A stretch of DNA of 64,000 nt from the NCBI GenBank assembly GCA_040285855.1, contig JAUFOQ010000001.1:1240001-1304000 (forward strand). The letters run 5' to 3'. Shown one piece after another: positions 1 through 11,469 of this stretch. The notes beneath the pieces are model-generated. The model saw nothing but the letters and a program-made list of their open reading frames with translations, searched no databases and was not told the DNA's origin. Source of the stretch: Eukaryota sp. GEM-RC1 (taxonomy: Eukaryota). The stretch's first letter is position 1, and each line of letters begins with the position of its first letter. The position numbers were made by a program, and so were the translations under genes.

Positions 1-1
1 C

Positions 2-460
2 CAATCCACATACATAGACTGTATCAATGTTCTTGCTTTTCAACAGATCGTTTAGTGAAGTATGATACTGCTTTTCTTGGTCAAAGAAAGCGCTGTAAGA
101 GTCAACATGTTGGTGGATTCCTTTTCTAATGATGGGAGTTTCTGGGTGAACTTCGAGTTGAGGATGGAGTTTTGCTCCCTCGGTGCCCTGAATGCAATGA
201 TCGGGCCACAGCATCTGCACCACTCCAGATGGAAGAGTGATCTGTTCCAGAGGTTGTTTGTTGTGAGTGGAAGCAAAGGAACAATGACCAGCTGGATGCC
301 AGTCCTGTGTTATTACGATTTGCTTAAAAGGGAGCTTCTGGAGTCTGTTTATGGTTTTGACCACGTCATTTGTTCCAGGAAGCCCCATGCTTCCGCCTTC
401 ACAGAAATCGTTTTGAACGTCGACGATCAAAAGAGCAGCAGTGGAAAATGCAGCAGACAT
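2..460 (-). CDS. pncA: Nicotinamidase/pyrazinamidase (isochorismatase-family cysteine hydrolase), 3' end runs off the window
   Basis: Not in the ORF track. My translation from ATG 460: MSAAFSTAALLIVDVQNDFCEGG...TQDWHPAGHCSFAS...LWPDHCIQGTEGA...RKGIHQHVDSYSAFFD...VYVCGL, which are the PncA/Pnc1 motifs. Confidence 0.93.
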   Translation of the reverse strand, partial: MSAAFSTAALLIVDVQNDFCEGGSMGLPGTNDVVKTINRLQKLPFKQIVITQDWHPAGHCSFASTHNKQPLEQITLPSGVVQMLWPDHCIQGTEGAKLHPQLEVHPETPIIRKGIHQHVDSYSAFFDQEKQYHTSLNDLLKSKNIDTVYVCGL

Positions 461-1164
461 TGAGTCAAGAAGATGAGGGGAATTTTAATATTTTTCGTGA
501 TCTAACATTTGAGTCGATAAGATATTTCCCTTCATTGATTCATTTCTCATTGCTGAAAGTGTAAAAATGGCTTTCTTAAAGAAATAAAAGCTTCAATATT
601 TGACTTGTTGTACATGTATATATGGTAGTGTTTGTTTTAGGTGTAGAATTGGTATTTTTTCTGCAATTGTTTGCACATCTTCCCATAACTCTATATCCTG
701 TTAGATTCAACAATTGAACAGCTCAGTTCGGACTATCATTCCTAGAAACTAACTGACCCTTTTAATGCTTCCCGTAAAACATGTAGTGAAGATTGGTCGC
801 TAACTGGATGATGGCACTGGCAATGATGACTCCTGCTCATCTCAAAGTAACGTAACAATATACTAGCTGATCCGTGCTCATAATGTCAACCTTCGTGCAG
901 AAGCTTATGCCGAGAATAGTCCTTATTGATTCCGATCAATGTTAACCTACTCAAACTTCTCCTCAATTCTTCTCTTGAAGTGAACTATGAAGTACATAGT
1001 AGTTCTTCATCGACCATCGTCTTTTATTTCTCTCTTTGAAGCGGAGCTTGAGTCTGTTTTCTTATACGTGAACTAATCTTTGAAAAGTGAACAATTTCTT
1101 AGTAGTTTACCTCCTGTAATTACATTGCTCTAAAACGACAAACATCAATCTCAGTTTGAAACAT

Positions 1165-1295
1165 ATTTGGAGCTAAAAGAACTAGAGCATTGGCGACGCG
1201 CTAAAATCTAATTCCTTACTGACAAACATACCTTTATTAGGCAATAATGGGGGTGATAATTCAGTCGAAGATGAAGGCGCACAGGAATTGGTGAT
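1165..1295 (+). pseudogene. RNI-like LRR gene remnant
   Basis: Degenerate, frame-broken translation resembling ARALADALKSNSLLTNI...DNSVEDEGAQEL; no intact ORF. Confidence 0.45.
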
Positions 1296-1900
1296 TATTT
1301 CAAACTCAACAATTTAATTGAAATAGAGAAGTACGGAAGCTATACTGTAGTTATGATACCGATTTTCGTACAATTTATTTAAAATGAGCCCAAAATGGGG
1401 TATGTTCTATTTCTTGTAGCTTGTATATTTGTTCATGTTACGTTGTCATTTTCTCATCACTTTCAACAGTCATCTCGAGCAGTTCCCTTTACATATGTAG
1501 TATGCTGTTAATGTTAGACTGATTGTTTCAATGATTTCCAGAAGTTGCTATTTGTCAAGTCGTATTTGTATACTTCTCTTTTTGTCTTGTTGGTCAAGTT
1601 TTTGTTAGTTATACTACTTAATTTTATTCTTTTGGGCTTATTGCATCTTCGTATTGTTTTCTAGAAGCATGTAGCGATACTCTTTTAGTTCTCCGTCACT
1701 GAAATTATCATTGATTTCAGAACATTTTAAAAAATGACAGTGAAGATGGTATGGATAGCAACCCAAAGACATAGAATCAAAATCTCTGATCATGAGTATC
1801 ATCAATCAGTTTGATAAAAGGAGCAACTTAGAACAAGAAGCGTTGTTCCAAATTTCAACACACAATCGAAACATCACCTGATTCTCATTCAATCAATCAA

Positions 1901-4727
1901 TCAATCAATAGGTTGATACTGAAAACCTCTTCTAGACAAATGATCCCAAGATAAATTACCTTTCTCAGTTTCCAAATAACGGGCTTCATTTAGATCAGGT
2001 TCACATCCTATTCCATTCCTGTAAAAGTGAATAAGTATCTTCAATTCCAACCGCATTTCTCAATTCTGCTGATTGTTTTATCAGTTCAAAAGCTCTTTGA
2101 TTGTTGCTCTCTACTCCTCTTCCTAACCTATACATTTCTCCCAGGTAAACCATTCCAAGGGAACACCCAGCATCAACAGCCATTTGGTAGTACTTCACAG
2201 CTTCAGTAATGTTCTTTTCAACTCCTTTTCCAGTTTCATAAGACCTACCTAGGACAGTCATTGCAGTAGCATTTCCCAATTCTACAGCAAGCCTCAACAA
2301 TCTGATACTTTCTTCAAGATCCTGTTCAACTCCATGACCGTCTCTATAACAAACTGCCAACATATAGAGACCTTCAGAGTTGTTTAAATCTGCAGCCTTT
2401 TTGAACCAATTAAAGGCTTCTTCATAGGACTTGGTGACACCTTCACCTAGGTAATGGGAGTAACCTACATTAACTATAGCAAAAACATGTCCCTTGTCAG
2501 CAGCTTTTTTAAAATATTCGACAGCTTTTTCATAACTCTTTTCAAATGCTAGACCCGAATAATAACAACTTCCTAACATGAAAATTGATTCAAGATGATT
2601 CACATTAGCTGCTTTTTGAAAAAGAGCACATGCTCTCTCATAGTTTTGAATTTCATTAAAAGGTACAACCCAGTTCTAAACATTTCATCACATGCTTCAT
2701 CCATTGGTTGAACAAGAGACTTGAACTCATTGAGCTCTTGTTCACGTGATGGCCAGAAGTGAAGAAAGTTCTTCGAAACAAAAGAGTTGACAAATGGTTT
2801 CAGAGAGTCGTCACTATTTAATTCCCCAATAACATGTAGAAATTCAAATCTGTTTTCATCCTTGACAGTAATAGATTCTACGCAGTTAGCAAAAGAATCA
2901 ACTGTCCAAGAAGTATGTAATTTTTGAGAATTCTTCCAGGAATTCACAAGGCTTCTTGATAGCCATACGCTGTTATCACATTTACCAGGCAGTTTTGAAC
3001 AAAGAAGTTCAAGACAAGTAGGTGAGAAACAAAGACCAGTTGTAAATGGCAAAGAATCAGACAAGTCAACCATAGAAAAGATTTCTCACAGAAAATTCAA
3101 CTGTTTAAAAAAATGTTGGTATCGATCAACTTTTAGCAATATTCCAAGGAACCAACAAGGTGGAATATTACCAAAATGATCATTCCCTTTGAAGAGCTCC
3201 AAGGACCACTCTAGAAAAGTTGCCGTGAAATCTGAATCATTAAATAGACGTTCCAAGATTTGAAATACGTCATCAAAATCATACTCAGAAGTTGTGGAAG
3301 AATTTAATACTAAGGAAAAGTCCGTAGCAGACAATCCTTGGGTATCATACAGTTCCATTAAACAGTGAAGTAACCAGTTTAAATCAATAAATGGAAATAA
3401 AAAAACGATAAAGGAAATCCTTAAGGGAATTGGATTTTCAGAAAGATCATAGAGAACTTTGAATATTTGAATATTCTCATCAACAAAATTCAGCTGGTTC
3501 CTTTCGTTCGAAATTTTTAATAAATAAACCAAATCTGCTTCTCGTAGAGAATTAGTTTCAAGGAAATGTTTAGAAGCGAATTTGAGATCATCGACTAGGA
3601 AATAAACTGACAGCTGAAAGAAATCGAGAATATTTGAAATATTAAATTCAATTGATTGACATTGAAATAATTCGAAAAAACGATTGAAAGAATGTTCAGA
3701 GACGCCAGGAAATTGATCAGCAAATTCAAAATTACGAACATTTGAATCTGCAAATTCACAAGTAAAAGAATTAAAGAAAAACATTAAAAATAATGATAAT
3801 AAAACAGAATTCATAGTAATAGACGTGTTTCCGTAAGACACACGTACATCTCGAGAACACGACGTCATCATTTTTGAAGCTAGAGTGGTTAAATCCAATT
3901 GAAAAGTGTTATCCTCAAAGTTGCCCAATCCTTTTGTCATTCCCTCAGTAACAAACTTACTTAACTCCTGGAACTTTAGAAGAGAAGCAATGATAGAAAA
4001 AGAGGAAGAGACTGGGTGGTAATAGTAAGAGAATTACCATAGAAAGTGGATATAACCAAAAAGAAGAGGTCAGCATCTGTAAAAGGAAGTAGAGATAATT
4101 CTATTGAAGAAGATCGTAGAAGCATCTCTTGGAAATAAGGACTGAAGGAACTGATCACAAAAGAATGACAATGGAAGGGAACACAGTCATAGAGAATGAC
4201 AGTGTCGGTAAGAAGATTGTCTTTTGAAAGGAGTGAAGCTTGTTACAGAAAGCAGTAGAACTGAAGGAGAAAGTGTTTGATTGAACAGCCGTAGATTCTT
4301 CATCAAGTACACACTTAAAGAAATCAGACGAAGTATGAGGTACCACACCACCAACAGGAATCCTAATAAGAGCCAATGTTTCCCTAAGTTCTTCATCATT
4401 CCGAAAAGCTGTGATGATGTGATCAGGAGTAATACGAGACTTCCTTTTGTCTCTAGCAACGTTACCAGACAATTCCAAAGCTTCAGCTGCTAGATATTCA
4501 AGAACAGTGGTAAGATAAACAGCCGCTTCGACCCGAATATGTTCATGATAGTGACCTTTGCGAAGGTAACGACGAACACGGCCCACAGGGAAAGAGAGAC
4601 CGGCTCTTTGGCTGGTTTGTTCATCGTCCTCCATTAACTCTCCCATGACGTCACTCTCATCATCATCTTCCATAACAGCATGTGTTCGGAGATCTTCTGG
4701 ACCTGGGGAGTCAAAACCGGAGATCAT
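1901..4727 (-). CDS. Histone H2A-fold / BTB / BTB / helical / Sel1-repeat fusion protein, copy 1 (several frameshifts)
   Basis: Joined ORFs 4155..4883, 3976..4158, 3086..3940, 2600..3073 and 2001..2603. H2[70 protein letters not shown] motifs follow, then Sel1 repeats ([18 protein letters not shown]). Breaks near 4222 and 4000 are 1-nt homopolymer differences versus copy 2. Confidence 0.85.
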
Positions 4728-5177
4728 TACTACTGTAGAATTTTTGTAAGAATGACCTAATTGATGGGGCGTTACGATTCTGCAGTGGCGCAACACTCTT
4801 CTTAGCTTAACAACAGTGTTGTACCATAACCAAACATAATGTATTTGACATGTACGCTGCTGTTTGGCTTGCATGACCATCAAGCCTTCTTCATATACAA
4901 CTGGACTTATGGGTTCCCCTACGTGCAGGGACTATGTGTTAGCAATTTCTACTGTTAAGTATATTTGTTTTTGTTTAAACAAATTTTTGAAGTATCTTTT
5001 TGAACTTGTAATAAAATTAAACAAGTGTGTACAAAGCAATTGTAGGGTTCGTATGTTATGATATGATGTGTAGTAGTAGTTATAAAAGTATAGTACGAAA
5101 TTTTAGGGTATAAACAACTTAACAATTGTGAAAAAAGAAGGCCATGACCTAAATGAAAGTTAAAGGGGGGATGTTGT

Positions 5178-5526
5178 CAGTGAACGCTAACACGTTCAAA
5201 AATCGAATCTAACACGTGTTAACCCGTGTTAACACGTGTGAACACGCGTGTTACGTGTTACGTGTTTGCGTTACAAGAATTTTTCCTGGTTTCTGGTTCA
5301 ACGATAAATAGCTCGTTTCTTCTACACATTCGCCCCTACGATGCTCTACATCACTGTAGCAAACTTCTAAAACGGCGTCTTTCATTCTTTTAGTAGCAAA
5401 ATGCACTTTCACATCCTTCAGATCGAAAATAGTAACCGTTATTTACGTGTATGAAATCAGCCAAATTCTAACACGTGTTAACACGCGTGTTACGTGTCAG
5501 GCCGTGTTACGTGTTAGCGTTCACTG
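5178..5526. mobile_element. hAT-type MITE
   Basis: TIR CAGTGAACGCTAACACG...CGTGTTAGCGTTCACTG, 8-bp TSD GATGTTGT (5170-5177 and 5527-5534), subterminal AACACG/CGTGTT repeats. Confidence 0.92.
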
Positions 5527-5721
5527 GATGTTGTTGTTGATTCAGAAACTCCGAGAATTCCTTTATCACAGAATTTGCTGATACTCTGAGGATAACTACA
5601 TGTTGTCGGTATTTATGTAGTATTCCAGAGATCTTTACAATGACCAGCAATTGCCAGAGGGAGTCTGTGAATGTACGAAGATTCAATTTTTAAAGTCATC
5701 CATATTATTCGTATGATTGGG

Positions 5722-6111
5722 TGTTACCACTAAGCTAATAGCGCTATTAGCTTAGTGGTAACAAGTTGCTAGTGCCCTTCGTCGGGTCTTTCTTACGCTA
5801 CCAGCTTAGCAGTACCTCCAGGAAATAGCACACCTCTGTGTGGTCCATGTTTTAGGACATACTATTACTGTTCGACCTCACCCGGACTCGAACCTTCGAC
5901 CTTCGAAGAGCAGCAGAAGAAGACCTTCTAATCGAAGGTCGAAGGTTCGAGTCCGGGTGAGGTCGAACAGTAATAGTATGTCCTAAAACATGGACCACAC
6001 AGAGGTGTGCTATTTCCTGGAGGTACTGCTAAGCTGGTAGCGTAAGAAAGACCCGACGAAGGGCACCAGTGTTACCACTAAGCTAATAGCGCTATTAGCT
6101 TAGTGGTAACA
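5722..6111. repeat. Nested palindrome/foldback: two 42-bp perfect palindromes flanking a 135-bp inverted repeat
   Basis: TGTTACCACTAAGCTAATAGCGCTATTAGCTTAGTGGTAACA at 5722-5763 and 6070-6111. Arms 5772-5906 and 5932-6066 are reverse complements with a 25-nt loop. The arms contain GGTTCGAGTCC (B-box-like). Confidence 0.95.
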
Positions 6112-6764
6112 GGAGCAAGTAAAGTGCCATAAAGTGGGTTAATTTTTTGTGATATGTCTATCTTAAATACATACCTACAAATGTAATCCAATCTCTCGAT
6201 ATCATTGGTTAAAATTGTGTAGTACTGTAGCTACGAACTGGGCTGGTTAGAACAAGACAATTGATTATGAACAAATGTAAATTGATGATATTTTTCTCAA
6301 AAAACTTGGATTTATCAATAAATATCGTGTTTTGATGTTGAATAAAAGTGAAGTACAATTCGTGTTGGGTTGATACATATATTATAATAACACTTTAAAA
6401 ACACGCCAGACAGGCCATCAGCCATACGTCCATACGCGTATGGTGAGTATGGCAGTCGAAAAATTGCATTATGGCATAACGCTGGAATATAGTGTTTGTT
6501 TTGGATGTAGATTTAGTATTTTCTCCACAATTGTTTGCACATCTTCCCATTTCTCTACATCCTGTTTGATTCAAAGATCGGAAAACACAGTTACACCGGC
6601 AGCAGTAATTAGTCTCACTATAAAATTAGTCTCAGTGAGACTAATTGTGTCCTGAAATTTCAAGCATACCAACTTTTTCATGTTTCTCTATTCAATGTAG
6701 TGGTCGACTAAACATCGTAAACAACTGTGTTCACACTGATTCTAAATATACACACTGTTTTTAC

Positions 6765-8051
6765 TAGGGCTGTCAAATGACGAGTCACAACGCGTCACGA
6801 CTTGAAAAATTGACGTCGACGTGACGCGACTTCCCAGAAATTCAAGTCGACTTGAAGTCACGTCACGTCACGTCACGTTGTGACGAGTCATGACGATTTA
6901 CAAAATATACCATTTGTTTATCTTTCTCTAGTGCTACTACAAACGACTTTAACTCTTCCTCTAAAACGATCTAATGGATCCGATTGTGTCGTGGAACACG
7001 ACAGTTACAACGCCGCCTCTTCTCAGGGCGAAATTGCTAGAAGCTATTTCTGTATTCCAGCCACTGCAGTGCCAGCAGAACAGCTATTCTCGCAAGTATT
7101 GCAATAAATATATCATAATAATATATTGTTGGCAAATCGCCGTATCAGTATTTATTGCAATTATTTCTGATAATATATTCCCTCTGTTTTCTGACGTGAT
7201 TCCATCAAATAAGGACATTTCAGTGTTCTTTGCAAACATTAATGTATCTCTTCTGTTGAAAACGATCTTTCTCCTGACAGCTTCTATTACTGTGACGAAA
7301 AAAAAACATATTTCAAAGCTTTCATCGATCAATCATCTGATTGTGTTGATCTTTTGTATACCAGCTACTTCGAACCCCGTTGTAGGTCTGTTCTCAAAGT
7401 TGACTTCGGCTGACAAATCGCAGATCCGAGCTCCACCCTTCTGCCCTTGGTGGTGAGGTCTTTTTGAACGTGAACAGTATTGTATTGAATTTCGACCCTG
7501 TGAGAGCTATTCTTCTTTGGAGTGTCTGCCTATTTAATTAAAATAAAGTTCTTTCTTCTTTTCCTATCAATTACTTATCATTGATAAATACTGATACATC
7601 ACAATAATGTATTTTCAGCAATTTATGACAGAAAATATATTGCAATATAGTTTTGGACATCACTGGTTCAGACAGCAAAACGACCATCTTTGAATGATGA
7701 TATCGTTCAAGCACTTCTATGTTGGCAGTCATGGTACAAATTAGATATTTAGATACATAGTCTTAAATTTGGTTCTTTTATGTTAATAAAGAATGTATTG
7801 GATTGTTCTATGGTATCAATGTCAATACTACTTACCCAATAATATCCCGAAATTCAACAGAAAGTAGCATCAAGTCGTGACTCGTCATTACGTGGTTTCT
7901 CGTTGCTCTAAGTCACGACTCGTCATGACGAGTCACGACTTAGAGAATGTAAGTTGACGTAACGTGACTTGAAATAAGTACACGTCGACGTGACGAAAAG
8001 TTGCGTCACGTTATGACGCGTCATGACTCGTCACGTTATTTGACAGCTCTA
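6765..8051 (+). mobile_element. Non-autonomous hAT element with transposase C-terminal (dimerisation domain) remnant
   Basis: TIR TAGGGCTGTCAAAT/ATTTGACAGCTCTA, 8-bp TSD GTTTTTAC (6757-6764 and 8052-8059), GTCACG subterminal repeats. IARSYFCIPATAVPAEQLFS at ~7030-7090 resumes as LVQTAKRPSLNDDIVQALLCWQSW at ~7663. Confidence 0.9.
7095..7665. mobile_element. Nested hAT-like element fragment inside the 6765-8051 element
   Basis: It interrupts the hAT dimerisation motif. The right end ...ATATATTGCAATATAGTTTTGGACATCACTG resembles the TIR of the 13718 element, and there is an internal FCIPATSNPVVGLFS hAT motif. The left TIR was not found. Confidence 0.6.
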
Positions 8052-8688
8052 GTTTTTACATTACAAAAACATCCAAGCTAGTATTGAACAACCGTTTGGA
8101 TGACTATTTTTGGACACGAAAGTTCATTTTGATATAACAAATATTGAAATAAAATCGGGTTCCAAGAGATCAGAATCCTCTGACCACATTAATTGCTTTT
8201 CCCTTCTTTAATCCGTTAAGCTCGACTCACACTCGCCACATGGAATGCACATTTAGAGTAGAATATATTTCTCAGCACATTGTATCATTGTATAGATGAT
8301 ATATGTCAATCCATTGACATAACCATGAGCATTCTGACAACAATGCTCATCGACAATAAACTCAATGACTCCAACAGTAGGACTACCACTATTGCCCTGA
8401 TATCTCAACTTCTAAGCATACTCAGTAACTTCCAGACAGGGAACTTGTACAACACAACTTCATCAGAATGACGCCTGATGACTTTTACGTTTATTCGTGA
8501 ACAACAATAGTAATATCAAATGTTGACTATACCGCCAATGGATAAACTACATGAAGTATAAGAGCTATGTGAAAAAGATGTATTGAACGGAAATAAGTGA
8601 GATTAAAACTATAATAAGCATAATTAATCAAAAGAAAACTGAAAGTGTGAACTCAATTGATGTTAATTCGTAGTTGAAATAAATATGA

Positions 8689-11469
8689 TTACATAAGAGC
8701 TCTTCTGATCAAATAATCACGAGTGACATTACCTTTCGTGTTTTCGCAAAAACATGTTTGCTTTAAATCACGTTCACACCCGAGCCCATTCTTGTAACAA
8801 TTAATTAGTTTTTCAATTCCAGTATCATTCTTCAATTCTGCTGACTGATATATCAGTTCAAAAGCTCTTTGATTGTTGCTCTCTACTCCTCTTCCCTAAC
8901 CTATACATTTCTTCCAGGTAAACCATTCCTTGTGAACACCCACCGTCAACAGCCATTTGGTAGAACTTGACTGCTTCAGCAATGTTCTTGTCAACTCCTT
9001 TTCCAGTTTCATGAGCCATAGCTAAGCTGGTCATTGCTCGAGCATTTCCTAATTCAACAGCAAGCATCAACAATCTGATACTTTCTTCAAGATTCTGTTG
9101 AATTCCAAGACCATCTCTATGACAAACTGCCAACATATAGAGACCTTCAGAGTTGTTTAAATCTGCAGCCTTTTTGAACCAATTAAAGGCTTGTCGATAG
9201 GATCTAAAGACACCTTCCCCTAGGTAGTGGGAGTAACCTACATTAACCATGGCAAAAACATGTCCTCCGTCAGCAGCCTTTTTAAAATATTCAGCAGCTT
9301 TTTCAAAACTCTTACCAACTCCTAGATTCAAATAGTAACAACTTCCTACTTTGAAAATCGATTCAACATGATTTAAAGAAGCTGCTTGTTGAAAAAGATT
9401 AAAAGCTTTCTCATAGTTTTGCTCAACATCAGTTTCATTAATGAAATACAATCCAGTTGCAAATATTTGATAACATACTTCATTCAACTCATTGAGCTCT
9501 TTTTCACGTGATGGCCAGAAGTGAAGAAAGTTCTTGGAAACAAAAGAGTTGATGAATGGTTCCAGAGAGTCGTGACTAATTAATTCCCCAATGATATGTA
9601 AAAACTCACATATGTCATCATTATTGACATTAATAGATTCAACACATTTGATAAGAGAATCAACTGTCCAATGAATACCGAATTCTTGAGAATTCTTCCA
9701 GGAATTCACAAGTTTTCTTGCAAGCCATAAACAAAAATGACAAGGAAGTTTTGAACAAAGAAGTTCAAGACAATCAGAAGAGAAACAGAAATCAGATGTA
9801 AAGTCCAAGGCATCAGAAATATCGACCAATGCAAGAATTTCAGAGAGAAAATTTAAATGTTTACAAAACTGTTGGTTTCTGTCAACTTCACGTAACATTG
9901 AGAGCAGCCAGAAAGGGGGAATATTATAAATATGTTGATCCTGTTTGAGAAGTCCCAATGACCAATCTACTAAAGTTGACACGAAATCTGAATGCCGAAA
10001 CAGTGGTTTCAAAATTTCGAAAACACAATCAAATTTAAATTGAAGAGAAGTTGTGGAAGCATTCAGCATTGATGCAAGTTCAGTTCTAGAAAACCCTTGA
10101 GAATCATAAAGTTCCATTAAACAGTGAAGTAACCAGTTTAAATCAATGTAAGGAAATAGAGAAACGATGAAAGAAACCCTTAAGGGAATAGGTTTTTCAG
10201 AAACGTCCCAGAGAATCTTGAAAATCTGAACATTCTCATCAACGAAATTGAGCTGGTTCCTTTCATTTGAAATTTTTAACAAATTTACCAAATCTATTTC
10301 TGACAGGGAATTGTTTGCAAGAAACTCTTTACAAGCCACATTGAGCTCATCCACTTGAAAATAGACTGACAACTGGAAAAAATCGAGGATATTTGAAATA
10401 ATGAATTCAATTGATTGACAGTGAAATAATTCAAAAACAAAGAGAATGATTCTTCACTGACACCTGGAAATTGATCAGAAAATTCAAAATTGCGAACATT
10501 TGAATCTGCAAACTCACATGAAAAGAATTAAAGAAAAACATTGAAAATAATGATAATAAGACAGAATTCATATCGTACATCTCGAGAACATGACGTCATC
10601 ATTTTTGAAACTAGAGTGGTTAAACCCAATTGAAAAGTGTTATCCTCAAAGTTTCCCAGTCCTTTTGTCATTCTCTCAGTAACAAAGTCACTTAACTCCT
10701 CAAACTGAAGAAGAGAAGCAATGATAGAAAAAAGAGGAAGAGACTGGGTGGTAATAGTAAGAGAATTACCATAAAAAGTTGATAGAACCAAAAAGAAGAG
10801 GTCAGCATCTGTAAAAGGGAAGTAGAGACAATTCTATTGAAGAAGATCGTAGAAGCTTCTCTTGGAGATAAGAACTGAAGGAACTGACCACCGAAGAATG
10901 ACAGTGGAAGGGAACACCGTCATAGAGAATGACAGTGTCGGTAAGAAGATTGTATTTTTGAAAGGAGTGAAACTTGTGACAGAAAGCAGTAGAACTGAAG
11001 GAGAAAGTGTTTGATTGAACAGCCGTGGATCCTTCATCAAGTACACACTTAAAGAAATCAGACGAAGTATGAGGTACCACACCACCAACAGGAATCCTAA
11101 TAAGAGCCAATGTCTCCCTAAGTTCTTTATCATTGCGAAAAGCTGTAATGATGTGATCAGGAGTAATACTGCACTTCCTTTTGTCTCCAGCAACGTTACC
11201 AGACAGTTCCAAAGCTTCAGTAGCTAGATATTCAAGGACAGATGTAAGGTAAACTACCGCTGGAGCTCCAACACGCTCATAATGATGTGGTTTTCGGAAA
11301 TGACTACGGACATGACCAACAGAGAACATAAGACCGGTCCTTTGTTCTGATTGCTCATCATCCTCCATTAACTCTTCATCTAGCTCATTCTCATCAACAT
11401 CTTCCATAACAATGCAGGTCGGGGGTCTTCAAGACCTGGGTACTCAGCCTCAACAATAGTGGAGGTCAT
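8689..11469 (-). CDS. Histone H2A-fold / BTB / BTB / helical / Sel1-repeat fusion protein, copy 2 (frameshifts; possible pseudogene)
   Basis: Joined ORFs 10802..11407, 10528..10791 and 8858..10372 plus a frameshifted tail to TAA 8689. Colinear with copy 1; has a ~26-nt deletion near 10572 relative to copy 1. Confidence 0.82.

Noticed and set aside
62..564. ORFs 62..463 (+), 52..276 (-) and 370..564 (+)
   Set aside because: Shadow frames of the nicotinamidase gene.
5925..5966. Functional tRNA-Arg(TCT)
   Set aside because: The 5' half is absent and the T-stem does not pair (GAAGG/CCGGG); treated only as tRNA-like.
5178..8051. CRISPR-like short repeats (AACACGTG, GTCACG)
   Set aside because: Irregular spacing and bounded by TIRs/TSDs, so these are transposon subterminal repeats; no cas genes.
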